Of a stretch of DNA of 53,257 nt, positions 26,479-36,283 are shown in pieces. Each line of letters opens with the position of its first letter. Position 1 is the first letter of the stretch. Position numbers and translations under genes: made by a program. The DNA comes from Fidelibacterota bacterium (GTDB lineage: Bacteria; Fidelibacterota; Fidelibacteria; Fidelibacterales; DSDE01): positions 1 through 53,257 of the forward strand of contig JBJKQR010000054.1 of the NCBI GenBank assembly GCA_046735395.1, written 5' to 3'. The notes under the pieces are model-generated. The model was given only the letters and a program-made list of their open reading frames with translations. It did no database searches and was not told where the DNA came from.

Positions 26479-28077
26479 TTGAAAAAGTTAATCGCACTGT
26501 TTTTATTGATGTTAGGCGCTTCAATGGTTTATGCCGGCGGAATGCAGAACAATACGAACCAGAGTGCTGAATATGTCAGAACTCTGAACCGGACTGCCTC
26601 TACGGATGTGGATGCCGTCTTCTCCAATCCTGCCGGCCTGGCAAAACTGGATGACGGAATGTATCTGTATCTGAGCAACCAGTCAGCATTACAGACCCGC
26701 ACCATCGTCAATGATTATGCGTACCTCAATACGGGAACCTATGAAGGCGCGACCAATGCCTATCTTTATCCGAACTTCTATTTTGCATGGAAATCCGGAA
26801 AACTCGCACTGTCCGGTGGTTTCGAACCCATCGGTGGCGGCGGATCTGCCGAATTCGACAAGGGCCTTCCCTCATTTGAAATGCCCATTTCCGAACTCGT
26901 GCCTGCATTGTCTGCAGGGGGCGTACCGGTAACAGACTACCGAGCCAACATTTCCTTCACCGGTTCTTCTACCTATCTGGGCGGACAGGCCGGAGCAACC
27001 TATGCGATCAATGATATGCTGGCCCTGTATGTGGGTGGCCGCTATGTCTCCGCCGGAAACACCTACGAAGGATATCTGAAGGATATCGAGATCAAAAATG
27101 CTGCCGGTGCTGGCCAGTGGATGAGAGCAGATGCTTTCTTCAATGGTGCTGCCGCTCAGTATACGGCTGCTGCCAGCAGTCTGACCACCGCCAGTGACGG
27201 TTTGACTGCCGCAATTGCCGGTGGCTACCCTACCACAACGCCTGTAACGTCAGTGGATGCTGACGGATCCCTGGCAACGGGACTGGCCGCCATCGGATAC
27301 GATGCGGCAACTCTGGACATCGGAACCGCGCAGGCCATTTTTGCCGGTGCCGCAGCGTCAGCAACAACAAACGCAGCAGTGTATACAGCGAAAGCTGAAG
27401 CTGTCGGTGACATGGAAGTGGATGTTGCCCAGAACGGCAGCGGCTTCACCGGTATCGTGGGACTGAATGTCTCCCTTGACAAACTGAATATCGGCATGCG
27501 TTATGAAACAGCCACGTCTCTTGAACTGGCCAATGAAACCAAAAAAGATGATACCGGCCTGTTCCCGAACGGACGCAAGTTCCACAGTGATATTCCGGCC
27601 ATGTTCCTGGCTGGTGTTTCCTACAAAGCCACCGATGCCATCAAGGTCGAAGGCAGCTTCCATTACTATTTTGACAAGAGCGCCGATTATGGCTACACCG
27701 ATGCAAACGGTGCCGCTGTCAGCAATGCGGATGCTCTGGATGCAAATTCCATGGAATACGGAATTTCCGCGGAATACAAGCTGTCGGATGCCCTTCTCGT
27801 TTCCGGCGGATATCTGGGCGCAACATCCGGCCGCAAGGCTGCATTTCAGTCTGACATGAGCTACTCCCTGAATTCCAATTCTGTGGCTGTGGGTTTCGGT
27901 TATCATCTGAATCCCGCCATGATGCTGAATGTGGGTTACACCATGACCATGTACGCCGACTATGACAATTCCTACACTTTTACAGATTCTGCTCTGCCCG
28001 GTACCCCCACGGTCAATGAAACCTACAGCAAGACCAGCAATCTGTTTGGAATCGGACTGTCCTACAAGCTGAAATAA
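26479..28077 (+). CDS. FadL/OmpP1-like outer membrane channel
   Basis: TTG start after AGGAGG; NTNQSAEY and DAVFSNPAGL (NPA hatch motif); alternating beta-strands with an Ala-rich insertion. Confidence 0.8.
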   Translation: MKKLIALFLLMLGASMVYAGGMQNNTNQSAEYVRTLNRTASTDVDAVFSNPAGLAKLDDGMYLYLSNQSALQTRTIVNDYAYLNTGTYEGATNAYLYPNFYFAWKSGKLALSGGFEPIGGGGSAEFDKGLPSFEMPISELVPALSAGGVPVTDYRANISFTGSSTYLGGQAGATYAINDMLALYVGGRYVSAGNTYEGYLKDIEIKNAAGAGQWMRADAFFNGAAAQYTAAASSLTTASDGLTAAIAGGYPTTTPVTSVDADGSLATGLAAIGYDAATLDIGTAQAIFAGAAASATTNAAVYTAKAEAVGDMEVDVAQNGSGFTGIVGLNVSLDKLNIGMRYETATSLELANETKKDDTGLFPNGRKFHSDIPAMFLAGVSYKATDAIKVEGSFHYYFDKSADYGYTDANGAAVSNADALDANSMEYGISAEYKLSDALLVSGGYLGATSGRKAAFQSDMSYSLNSNSVAVGFGYHLNPAMMLNVGYTMTMYADYDNSYTFTDSALPGTPTVNETYSKTSNLFGIGLSYKLK

Positions 28078-28120
28078 GCACGTATTTTCTGCTGCCTGCA
28101 GGCAGCGATGAAATTCTACC

Positions 28121-28155
28121 AAAAAGCTCCCGTTATCAGACGGGAGCTTTTTTTT
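28121..28155 (+). terminator. Rho-independent terminator
   Basis: AAAAAGCTCCCGT / ACGGGAGCTTTTTTTT. Confidence 0.88.
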
Positions 28156-28300
28156 GCATGCAGTTTTATTTTTCATCACCCCGCAGGCCAGGGAAGTCCG
28201 GCGGGCACACAACAGCACCTGTACCCGTACAGAATTTAATGCGGCTTGTTGCTTTTACACTCGGGCATTGATAAATTCAGCATCATCGGAAAGGACACCC

Positions 28301-29866
28301 GTGCTGCCGCGAAATGCTTTACCGGCCTTGTCTGTCTGGATTCTTTTCGTTCTGACCGGAACCTCAATTTGCCTTGCTGCATCCGAGGCAGGGAGAGAAG
28401 CAGCCCCGGAAATCCGGTCCGTCAGTTCCTATTCGGACGTACGCTCCATTGTCGCGGATGACAATGCGGCCTATTTCACCACGGATGGCGGCATCATCGT
28501 CTTCGACAATTATCATCAGGAATGGATCGCGCCCGAGCCCCAGGCTCCCCGGGACAGCATCAGCTGTATGATCCTCCACCCGTATACCGCCTACCTCTGG
28601 GTCATCCATGGCGGGCATGTGAGTTTCCGTACTGCGACCGGAGCCTGGAACAGCACCCCTCTTGCGCCTCACATCCGGGATTTTGCCTTTCGGAATGATA
28701 AAATTTTCGTTCGCGGCGACTCCATCGTTACAGAGGTCGATCCCTGGTCCGGCTTCCCGGTTTCGGATTCGCTGTCAATCTCCCCGGACAGCCTTGACTG
28801 GTGCCACTGTTCCATCGGAAATCAGGAGGAAAAACCTCTCCGCATTGATACGGAAGCCATCCGCAATCTGCCCCGCCGTCCCTGGGACAAGACACCGCTG
28901 ACCATCAGCGCCTCCTTCACGGAAAACAACGGCAACATCTGGCTGGGAACTCATGATTACGGCCTCTATTATTATGACAGCTATTATCTGAATCTGGCCC
29001 ATACCCCATTCGGGCTGTGGAAAAGCCGGGTCTCTCAGATTTTCATCCTGAAGGATGCCGTCGTCGCCTATCACACCAACCAGAGTCCTGACGAACCGGC
29101 GGCCTGTACGTCTCTGAACAGCAGCCTGAATAATTTCAACTGGACGTTTTTCAGCCGGGGCGGACATCCCCTGGATATGGATGCCATCTGCGCGAATTCA
29201 ACCCAGCTTTTCTTCGCATCACACAACGCAATTTTTACACAGAATATAGGGAAACCGGCTTCCGAACTGCTTCTGCTGCTCCCCGATTTCTTTACCCGGC
29301 TTGTTTCCATTGCTGCCGGAGATTCTGCGCTGTATCTCAATGACGGCCGTTCCATCTGGGCCTTTTCCTTTTCCTCAAAGTCCCTCACGCCGGTTCTGCT
29401 TCCAGGCCAGGCCAGAGACGCCCTGTCGCCGTCGATGAAATTAAGGGAAAAAGATCTCTGCTTCGTCGACAGCAGCTCCGTAAGCCTGCTCTCCATACTC
29501 AGTCGTCAGTTGAAAATATTCCCGGCAGATTCGGCGATCGATGTCTTCCGGTCCGGCCCAGAACTCTTCATCCTGTCCCGCGGGGGCTGTTCGCTTTATC
29601 CCTCCTCCCTCCCGGATGAAAGGCCAATCCTGCTGAAACCCCGGAACTTCGCATCGTATACCCCGTCCTGCCTGCTGGCAGACAGTGCCCACGTCTGGAT
29701 AGGAACCGATGCCGGCCTTCTCGAATACAGCCGTCCCGACAGCAGCTGGTCTCTCATTTCCGAAGACGACGGCCTCGTGGATACCCAAATTCTCTCCTTG
29801 GCAAAGGACAGAAATATTCTCTATATTGCTACAAAGAAAGGATTGTCCGCGTACAGTTATGAATAA
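28301..29866 (+). CDS. Exported beta-propeller protein (two-component-regulator-propeller-like)
   Basis: Probable GTG start at 28301 with a signal peptide; motifs IWLGT, VWIGTDAGL, DDGLVDTQILSL and LYIATKKGL. Confidence 0.6.
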   Translation: MLPRNALPALSVWILFVLTGTSICLAASEAGREAAPEIRSVSSYSDVRSIVADDNAAYFTTDGGIIVFDNYHQEWIAPEPQAPRDSISCMILHPYTAYLWVIHGGHVSFRTATGAWNSTPLAPHIRDFAFRNDKIFVRGDSIVTEVDPWSGFPVSDSLSISPDSLDWCHCSIGNQEEKPLRIDTEAIRNLPRRPWDKTPLTISASFTENNGNIWLGTHDYGLYYYDSYYLNLAHTPFGLWKSRVSQIFILKDAVVAYHTNQSPDEPAACTSLNSSLNNFNWTFFSRGGHPLDMDAICANSTQLFFASHNAIFTQNIGKPASELLLLLPDFFTRLVSIAAGDSALYLNDGRSIWAFSFSSKSLTPVLLPGQARDALSPSMKLREKDLCFVDSSSVSLLSILSRQLKIFPADSAIDVFRSGPELFILSRGGCSLYPSSLPDERPILLKPRNFASYTPSCLLADSAHVWIGTDAGLLEYSRPDSSWSLISEDDGLVDTQILSLAKDRNILYIATKKGLSAYSYE

Positions 29867-31082
29867 GATCATTCTCCTTTTGACGCTGCTGATTTCATCG
29901 GTCAGCGCATTGTCAGCTTCTCCGGAAATGGTTCAGAACGAAAACACCGGGCCCATCTTCAGAATGGAAAATTATATCCGGACATCCTCTGTACCGGACT
30001 CCGGGATTATACAGATCAGCCTGAGAATTCCCTATCGCAATCTGCTCTTTCTGAAAAAGGGAAATCATTTTGAAGCTCACGCGGATATTTCCGTGAATAT
30101 CCTCTCGGACAAGGAACGGGTTGGCGGTTTTTCCGACCTGCAGACGCTAAGCCTCCCTTCCATTGACCCGGATGTCCTGAAAAAGAAGGAACTTCGCTAT
30201 AACCGGAATTTTCTGCTGCCCTATGGCAAATATCAGGTATCTGCGGTGATCACGGATATCGCCACCCAGAAGAAACGACGCGTCAATCACGACTGCGATC
30301 TCACCATTCTCGACACGAAAAACTGGTCCATGGGCGCTCTGTATGTTGCCCGGACTCCTGACGCCCTCCGGGACAGCACATCCCGGCAGCTGAGTTTCGG
30401 GTTTTCCGCGTCAGGCTACGACGGACCTCAGAATTTTTCCTGGGAAATTCAGAATATCAATGGGAAATCTGTCCGAAAAGGATCGATCAGTATTAACCTG
30501 AAAAAGGAAGCCGGCGAATATTATTTTTCCGTCAGTGTGGACAGCCTGCAGTACAGGGGCTACACCATGGTGGTGCGGACAACGGTGGAGGGAGAGGATT
30601 TCAGACGGAGCATCCCCTTTCAGGTGCGCTGGTCAGGAATGAATAACCGCATCACAAATCTGGAGGAGGCGGTTCAGCAGATGCGCTATCTCATGATGAC
30701 CAATTACATGAGCCGACAGCAGTATCAGCTGCTGGACAATAGTTCCGGCGAGATGAAGAAGAACAATTTCCTCGAGTACTGGAAATCCGTGGATCCTACG
30801 CCGGGCACGGATGCCAACGAACTGATGAATGAATATTTCCGGCGTATCAACGAAAGCAATGCCGCCTTCAGCACCCACCGTCCCGGCTGGGAATCCGACC
30901 GCGGCATGATCTACACCCTGCTGGGACCTCCCGATGACCGGGAAGTTCATAATTTCGACATTAATACCAAGGCCTACGTCGTCTGGTACTATTATTCCCT
31001 GAACAAATATTTCGTATTCATTGATTACACCGGTTTCGGAGACTATCAGTTAGACCAGCCTGTTTCCGAAACTTTGTATTAA
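29859..31082 (+). CDS. GWxTD domain-containing protein
   Basis: Signal peptide; YWKSVDPTPGT, NELMNEYFRR and GWESDRGMIY...GPPD. Confidence 0.88.
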   Translation: MNKIILLLTLLISSVSALSASPEMVQNENTGPIFRMENYIRTSSVPDSGIIQISLRIPYRNLLFLKKGNHFEAHADISVNILSDKERVGGFSDLQTLSLPSIDPDVLKKKELRYNRNFLLPYGKYQVSAVITDIATQKKRRVNHDCDLTILDTKNWSMGALYVARTPDALRDSTSRQLSFGFSASGYDGPQNFSWEIQNINGKSVRKGSISINLKKEAGEYYFSVSVDSLQYRGYTMVVRTTVEGEDFRRSIPFQVRWSGMNNRITNLEEAVQQMRYLMMTNYMSRQQYQLLDNSSGEMKKNNFLEYWKSVDPTPGTDANELMNEYFRRINESNAAFSTHRPGWESDRGMIYTLLGPPDDREVHNFDINTKAYVVWYYYSLNKYFVFIDYTGFGDYQLDQPVSETLY

Positions 31083-31105
31083 TAATCTAAACGCTGCGGG
31101 TGCGG

Positions 31106-32176
31106 ATGAAGATTGCCATTATCCCTGGAGACGGCATTGGTCCGGAATTGGCCGGGGAAGTGAAAAAGCTTATTGATATCATCAATTCTCACTTCAAGTC
31201 GGGTATCGAATATCAGGACTTTCCCTACGGCGGCCGTCACTTTGCCCGGCATCGTGAAAGTGTTCCGGATGATTTTCTGCGGGAACTGAAACAGAATTAC
31301 CGCGGAGTTTTCATCGCCGCCCTCGGCGATCCCACCGTATATTCACAGCAGTACGTCTCGGAGATTGCAGGCCGGATCATTCACCATCTGGAGCTGATTG
31401 TCGTAGAAAAACCCCTGTATCTCTTCAACCCGGATCTGGCCCGGGTTAAAAATGGTTTTCAGCATCTCACGGTCTTCCGAGACAGTATCGAGGGTCTGGA
31501 AGTGACAGGCGGTTTCCGGCTGAGGACCCACAGCAGCGAGGAGCTGGCATCCGACACCCACATCTATGATGAGCGGAATGTTACCCGGCTCATTGAAGGC
31601 ATTCTGGATGCCGGTGACGGAAAAATCCCCCCGATTCCGCTCGTTCTGCGCAAGGCCCTCTACCCCAACACTCACCGGCTCTGGGAAAAGGCCTATCTGT
31701 CCGTGATGAAAGACCGGAATATGCACCCCCGTGTTCTCGAGATTCCGGCATTTATCCACAGTTTTCTCGAAGAGCCATCCCGTTTTCAGGCTATTCTCAG
31801 CCCCGGTCTCACAGGTGAACTGCTCTGCGAGGTACTTGGGGAATTCGTGGGCGGCAAAGCCTTTACCACCACCTTTTTCTCAAATCTTGACGGAAAATTC
31901 CTCTGTCTGCCGGACATCGGGCCGCAGAATGCCATGGCCGGTGCGGGACGTATCGCGCCCTTTTCCGCTTTTTACAGCCTGGCGCTCATCTATCGCCGGC
32001 TGAATCTCGTCATTCCCTCCAAAATCATTCTTCATGCCATCGGCAAGGCATTTGAAAACAAATGGCTTCCGCCGGATCTGGGCGGCAGCATGACAACAGA
32101 AATGATCGGTGATTTCGTGGCATCCTATATCGATGAACAGCTGAATACGCATCAGGAAAGTATTAAAAGGATCTAA
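31106..32176 (+). CDS. Isocitrate/isopropylmalate dehydrogenase-family protein (LeuB-like, catalytic residues eroded)
   Basis: KIAIIPGDGIGPE N-terminus and PDLGGSMTT C-terminus; the active-site motifs are degenerate. Confidence 0.75.
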   Translation: MKIAIIPGDGIGPELAGEVKKLIDIINSHFKSGIEYQDFPYGGRHFARHRESVPDDFLRELKQNYRGVFIAALGDPTVYSQQYVSEIAGRIIHHLELIVVEKPLYLFNPDLARVKNGFQHLTVFRDSIEGLEVTGGFRLRTHSSEELASDTHIYDERNVTRLIEGILDAGDGKIPPIPLVLRKALYPNTHRLWEKAYLSVMKDRNMHPRVLEIPAFIHSFLEEPSRFQAILSPGLTGELLCEVLGEFVGGKAFTTTFFSNLDGKFLCLPDIGPQNAMAGAGRIAPFSAFYSLALIYRRLNLVIPSKIILHAIGKAFENKWLPPDLGGSMTTEMIGDFVASYIDEQLNTHQESIKRI

Positions 32177-32177
32177 C

Positions 32178-34877
32178 ATGTCGGAACGGTTTTTTATCAT
32201 CGACGGAATGGCCATCGCCTATCGGGCCCATTTCGCCACAATCCGGAATCCCCTTGTCACCAGTGATGGGAGGCATGTCAGCGCAACCCACGGATTTATC
32301 CGGGCCCTGCTGAAGATTATAAAGGACGAATCGCCGGACTATCTCGCTGTCGCCATGGACAGCCGGGAAAAGACCTTCCGCCACCACACATATCCGGAAT
32401 ACAAGGCCACCCGCGAAAAAATGCCCTTTGAACTGGTTCCGCAGATTGACTGGATCAAGGATTTTGTGGCCGCCCTGAATATTCCCCTGCTGGAAATGCC
32501 CGGCTATGAGGCGGATGATATCATCGCCACCCTCGCCCGCAGAGCGGAAGATCAGGGCCTGACGACTTACATGGTCACCGGCGACAAGGACTTCATGCAG
32601 CTGATCAATGACAGGACATTCATGTACACGCCGGCCAGCGCAAAATCCGAAATAACCATTGTGGATGCGGATAAGGTACGCGAAAAATGGGGTGTGGGGC
32701 CGGAACGCATCATCGACCTCCTCGCCCTCATGGGAGACAGTTCCGACAATGTTCCGGGTGTGCCCGGCGTCGGTGAAAAAACCGCCGTAAAACTGCTGCA
32801 GAGTTACGGCAGTCTCGAGGAAGTTCTCGCTCATGGTGAAGAACAGAAGAATGCCCGCGTCCGACAGGGGCTGACGGAGCACAGTGACCTGGCTCTGCTC
32901 AGCCGGGAACTCGTAACCATTGACACGCAGGTGCCGGTAAACTCAGATTGGGACTCACTCCGTCTCACACCCTACGACCTTCCCCGTCTGGAGGAACTGC
33001 TGCGGAAATTCGAATTTTTCACTCTCCTCAAGGAATTGCTCCCCGCCGCTTCTGAAAATTCCGAAACTCAGGCCTATGTCAATATTGACACAGCGGAAAA
33101 ATTTCTCGGCTTCCTGAAGGAACTCGAGAACCGGGACAGCTTTGCCTTTGACACGGAGACGGACAGCACCGATGCCTTTCAGGCCGAACTTGTGGGCCTG
33201 TCCTTCAGCTGGAAGGCCTGGGAAGCCTTCTATATCCCACTCCGTTTTCTCGGAAAGGAAGCGGGTCTGTTTGACGAGGACGATCTCACTTACGTTCTGG
33301 ACCGGCTCCGGCCAATCCTGGAAAACCCGAAAATCGCCAAGGTCGGCCAGAATATCAAATATGACGCGTCCGTCCTTCTGAAATACAATGTCCGGCTTCA
33401 GGGCATCCGCTTCGATACCATGATAGCCGAATATCTCCTCAATCCCGACAGCAACAGTTACAAGCTGGACAACCTGGCTCTGCACTATATGCACTATCGC
33501 ATGCAGCCCATCTCCGATCTCATCGGCAGCGGCAGAAATGCCATCACCATGGATCAGGTTGCTCCTGACAAGGCCGGCTGGTACGCCTGCGAGGACGCGG
33601 ATATCACCTGGCAGCTCACGGATATCCTCCGCGGGAAACTGGCGGAAAGCGGACTGGACAAGGTCTTTAATTCCATCGAACTTCCTCTCATCTCCGTTCT
33701 CACTGATATGGAAGCAAACGGCATGTACCTCGACCTGGATTTTCTCCGCGATATGTCCGTCTCCCTTGAACAGGATCTGAACCTCAAAATTCGTGAAATC
33801 TATGATTGCGCCGGGCAGGAATTCAATATCAACAGCCCCATGCAGCTCGGGGAAATTCTCTTTGACAAGCTGAAAATCCCTCCGGTGAAAAAAACAAAAA
33901 CCGGTTATTCTACCGATGTGACGGTTCTGGAACAGATCCGCTCGGTTCATCCCCTTCCGGCCCTTATTCTGGATTACCGGGGCATGGCAAAACTGAAATC
34001 CACCTACGTGGATGCGCTGCCCCAGCTGAAGAATCCCCGCAGCGGCAGGATTCACAGTTCCTTCAATCAGACGGTTGCCGCCACCGGACGGCTCTCCTCC
34101 ACCAATCCCAATTTTCAGAATATCCCGGTGCGCAGTGAACAGGGCCGGGAGATACGCAAGGCCTTTGTTCCCGAGAATCCGGACTGGGTAATCCTCTCTG
34201 CCGATTACAGTCAGATTGAGCTGCGGGTTGTGGCCCACATCAGCGGTGATCAGGCGCTGAGGGATGCCTTCGCCCAGGGCCTCGACATCCACAGCAGGAC
34301 CGCTTCGCGGATATTCGATGTCCCGGAGGAGCTGGTCTCTCAGGATATGCGGCGCACGGCCAAGGTTATCAATTTCGGCATTCTTTACGGTGCCGGCCCC
34401 TTTCGCATCAGTCAGGAGCTGAATATTCCCAGGTCTCAGGCCAATGACATCATCAAAGCTTATTTCGACAGTTTTCCCGGCATTCGGGATTATATTGACC
34501 GCACCACCGAATTCGGCGAAAAGAACGGGTACGTGGAGACGCTGTTCGGCCGACGGCGCTGGATACGGGATATCAACAGTGAAAACCGCAACCTGCGCGA
34601 AGCCGCCCGCCGCGTCCTCATCAATACGCCGGTTCAGGGAACCGCCGCGGATCTCATTAAACTGGCCATGATTGCCATTCACAGGCATTTTGCACAGCTC
34701 AGGCTTCAGACTCTCCTCATTTCTCAGGTGCACGATGAATTGATCTTTGAGGTTCATCCCCGGGAACTTGACCTGGTGCGGCAGACAGTGCGGCATGAAA
34801 TGGAATCGGTTGCGGATCTGACGGTTCCCCTGCTCGTGGATATCGGCGTCGGAAAATCCTGGTTCGAAGCCCATTGA
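32178..34877 (+). CDS. polA: DNA polymerase I
   Basis: 5'-3' exonuclease (IDG, YKATR, EADD, GDSSDNVPG), 3'-5' exonuclease (FDTET, NIKYD, YACEDAD) and polymerase motifs (ADYSQIELR, AKVINFGILYG, VHDE). Confidence 0.98.
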   Translation: MSERFFIIDGMAIAYRAHFATIRNPLVTSDGRHVSATHGFIRALLKIIKDESPDYLAVAMDSREKTFRHHTYPEYKATREKMPFELVPQIDWIKDFVAALNIPLLEMPGYEADDIIATLARRAEDQGLTTYMVTGDKDFMQLINDRTFMYTPASAKSEITIVDADKVREKWGVGPERIIDLLALMGDSSDNVPGVPGVGEKTAVKLLQSYGSLEEVLAHGEEQKNARVRQGLTEHSDLALLSRELVTIDTQVPVNSDWDSLRLTPYDLPRLEELLRKFEFFTLLKELLPAASENSETQAYVNIDTAEKFLGFLKELENRDSFAFDTETDSTDAFQAELVGLSFSWKAWEAFYIPLRFLGKEAGLFDEDDLTYVLDRLRPILENPKIAKVGQNIKYDASVLLKYNVRLQGIRFDTMIAEYLLNPDSNSYKLDNLALHYMHYRMQPISDLIGSGRNAITMDQVAPDKAGWYACEDADITWQLTDILRGKLAESGLDKVFNSIELPLISVLTDMEANGMYLDLDFLRDMSVSLEQDLNLKIREIYDCAGQEFNINSPMQLGEILFDKLKIPPVKKTKTGYSTDVTVLEQIRSVHPLPALILDYRGMAKLKSTYVDALPQLKNPRSGRIHSSFNQTVAATGRLSSTNPNFQNIPVRSEQGREIRKAFVPENPDWVILSADYSQIELRVVAHISGDQALRDAFAQGLDIHSRTASRIFDVPEELVSQDMRRTAKVINFGILYGAGPFRISQELNIPRSQANDIIKAYFDSFPGIRDYIDRTTEFGEKNGYVETLFGRRRWIRDINSENRNLREAARRVLINTPVQGTAADLIKLAMIAIHRHFAQLRLQTLLISQVHDELIFEVHPRELDLVRQTVRHEMESVADLTVPLLVDIGVGKSWFEAH

Positions 34878-34952
34878 CCCACCCCTGCCGCCGGGATTTC
34901 AGATTGAAATTACCGGGGCGTTTGAGTAAATTGAAGCTGTATGGAGACAACT

Positions 34953-36251
34953 ATGGCGAAAACATTGATTGAGAAGCTTCTGCTGCATTCCTCCGGCGTG
35001 GAGAACGTGGAAGCCGGTGATTCCATCCGGGTCCAGCCCTCCCTCATACCCTCATCCCATTACAGCATCAACAAGACCATCCGCTCCTTCAAGCGCACCG
35101 GTACGAAAAAGCTGTTCAACAAGGGAAATATTGTCATTATCAATAACGCTTCGCCCGTGGACAGCTCCCATCAGAGCATGGATACCTACCTGCTCCAGAA
35201 ATTCATCAAGGATTACGGGATCGAGAATTATTTTGAATTCGGCCGCTCCGGTGTTCCCGGGGTCGTCCTGGAGGAAAATGGCTTCATCGTTCCCGGGACC
35301 CTGCTCATCTCCGCGGAAAAAAGTTTCAATGATGCCGGCGCTCTGGGCTGTTATGTCATCGAAAACAGTTATACGGAAATCGCCCTGTCCTGGGCGACCG
35401 GTGAGCAGTGGATCAAGGTTCCCAAAACCGTGGAAGTGCTGCTGCAGGGAAGCATGAATGCGTGGACAACCGGGAATGATATTGCACTCTTTATCCTGAA
35501 GAGCTTCAATGTACCGGTTGAAGAACACTTCATCTATGAAATCAAGGGAGAAGGCCTGGCCTCTCTGCCCATGCATGAACGCTTTAATCTGGCCCGGGTG
35601 CTCTCCGATCTCTCCGGGAAAAGCGTTCTTTTCGAGTCTGATCAGATGGTCCTCGAATATCTGGCCGAGCGCTCGGAACGTGAAGGCTTCTTCTTCTATT
35701 CCGATGAGGGCGCCCGATATCTGAAGAGTCTCAATGTCAATCTCAACAGTATTCAGCCCATGCTGGCCATCTCAGCCGACGGCGAGGAAATCAGTTATCA
35801 TACCATCACGGAATTTCTGCAGACCGTGGAGGACCGCCATGTGGATAAAATCTTCATGGGAGCCTGCGGATCCGGCCGTATGGAGGATATTCAGCTCGGC
35901 GTCCGTACCGCAAAATTCTCTTCCATTCACCCTGCAGTCCAGACCATCGTCATGCCGGGCAGCCACCGGATATGGACCGACCTCATCGCCGAAGGGCTCA
36001 TGGGCATTCTCATTGAACTGGGAAATGAAGTGTATCCCGCATCCTTTTTCCGTACCCTTGCCGAAAGCGTCGGCATCTATACCAGCAACGTCCATGTTCT
36101 CACCAGTTCTTCCGAACTTTTTCTCCATGCCATGGAAACCAACGGACATAATCTCTATCTCGGCAGTATCATGACCGCTTTTGCCTCCGCTGTGAATGGC
36201 ATGGTCAGCCATCCTGCCGAAGTCACCGCAACCGATCATCCTGATCACTGA
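34953..36251 (+). CDS. Aconitase-family large-subunit-like protein (LeuC/HacA-like, Fe-S ligands eroded)
   Basis: MAKTLIEK, WIKVPKT, GALG, ERFNLA and FMGAC...GRMED follow the LeuC/HacA layout. ATG 34953 follows GGAG. Confidence 0.75.
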   Translation: MAKTLIEKLLLHSSGVENVEAGDSIRVQPSLIPSSHYSINKTIRSFKRTGTKKLFNKGNIVIINNASPVDSSHQSMDTYLLQKFIKDYGIENYFEFGRSGVPGVVLEENGFIVPGTLLISAEKSFNDAGALGCYVIENSYTEIALSWATGEQWIKVPKTVEVLLQGSMNAWTTGNDIALFILKSFNVPVEEHFIYEIKGEGLASLPMHERFNLARVLSDLSGKSVLFESDQMVLEYLAERSEREGFFFYSDEGARYLKSLNVNLNSIQPMLAISADGEEISYHTITEFLQTVEDRHVDKIFMGACGSGRMEDIQLGVRTAKFSSIHPAVQTIVMPGSHRIWTDLIAEGLMGILIELGNEVYPASFFRTLAESVGIYTSNVHVLTSSSELFLHAMETNGHNLYLGSIMTAFASAVNGMVSHPAEVTATDHPDH

Positions 36252-36283
36252 CCTCTGCTCCGGGAGCACTCCAGACCATTAGT

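Noticed and set aside
27100..27410. Ala-rich insertion in the FadL-like protein as a novel domain
   Set aside because: Long variable loops are expected in FadL-like barrels, and there is no repeat or motif to support more.
28091..28106. Perfect 16-bp palindrome GCTGCCTGCAGGCAGC
   Set aside because: It is a single copy just upstream of a clear terminator, probably an ordinary 3' UTR hairpin.
32955..34874. 639-aa minus-strand ORF
   Set aside because: It is the antisense shadow of polA with no recognisable motifs. The same applies to 14846..15844, 22867..23982, 24307..25209, 27358..28218 and 46728..47954.
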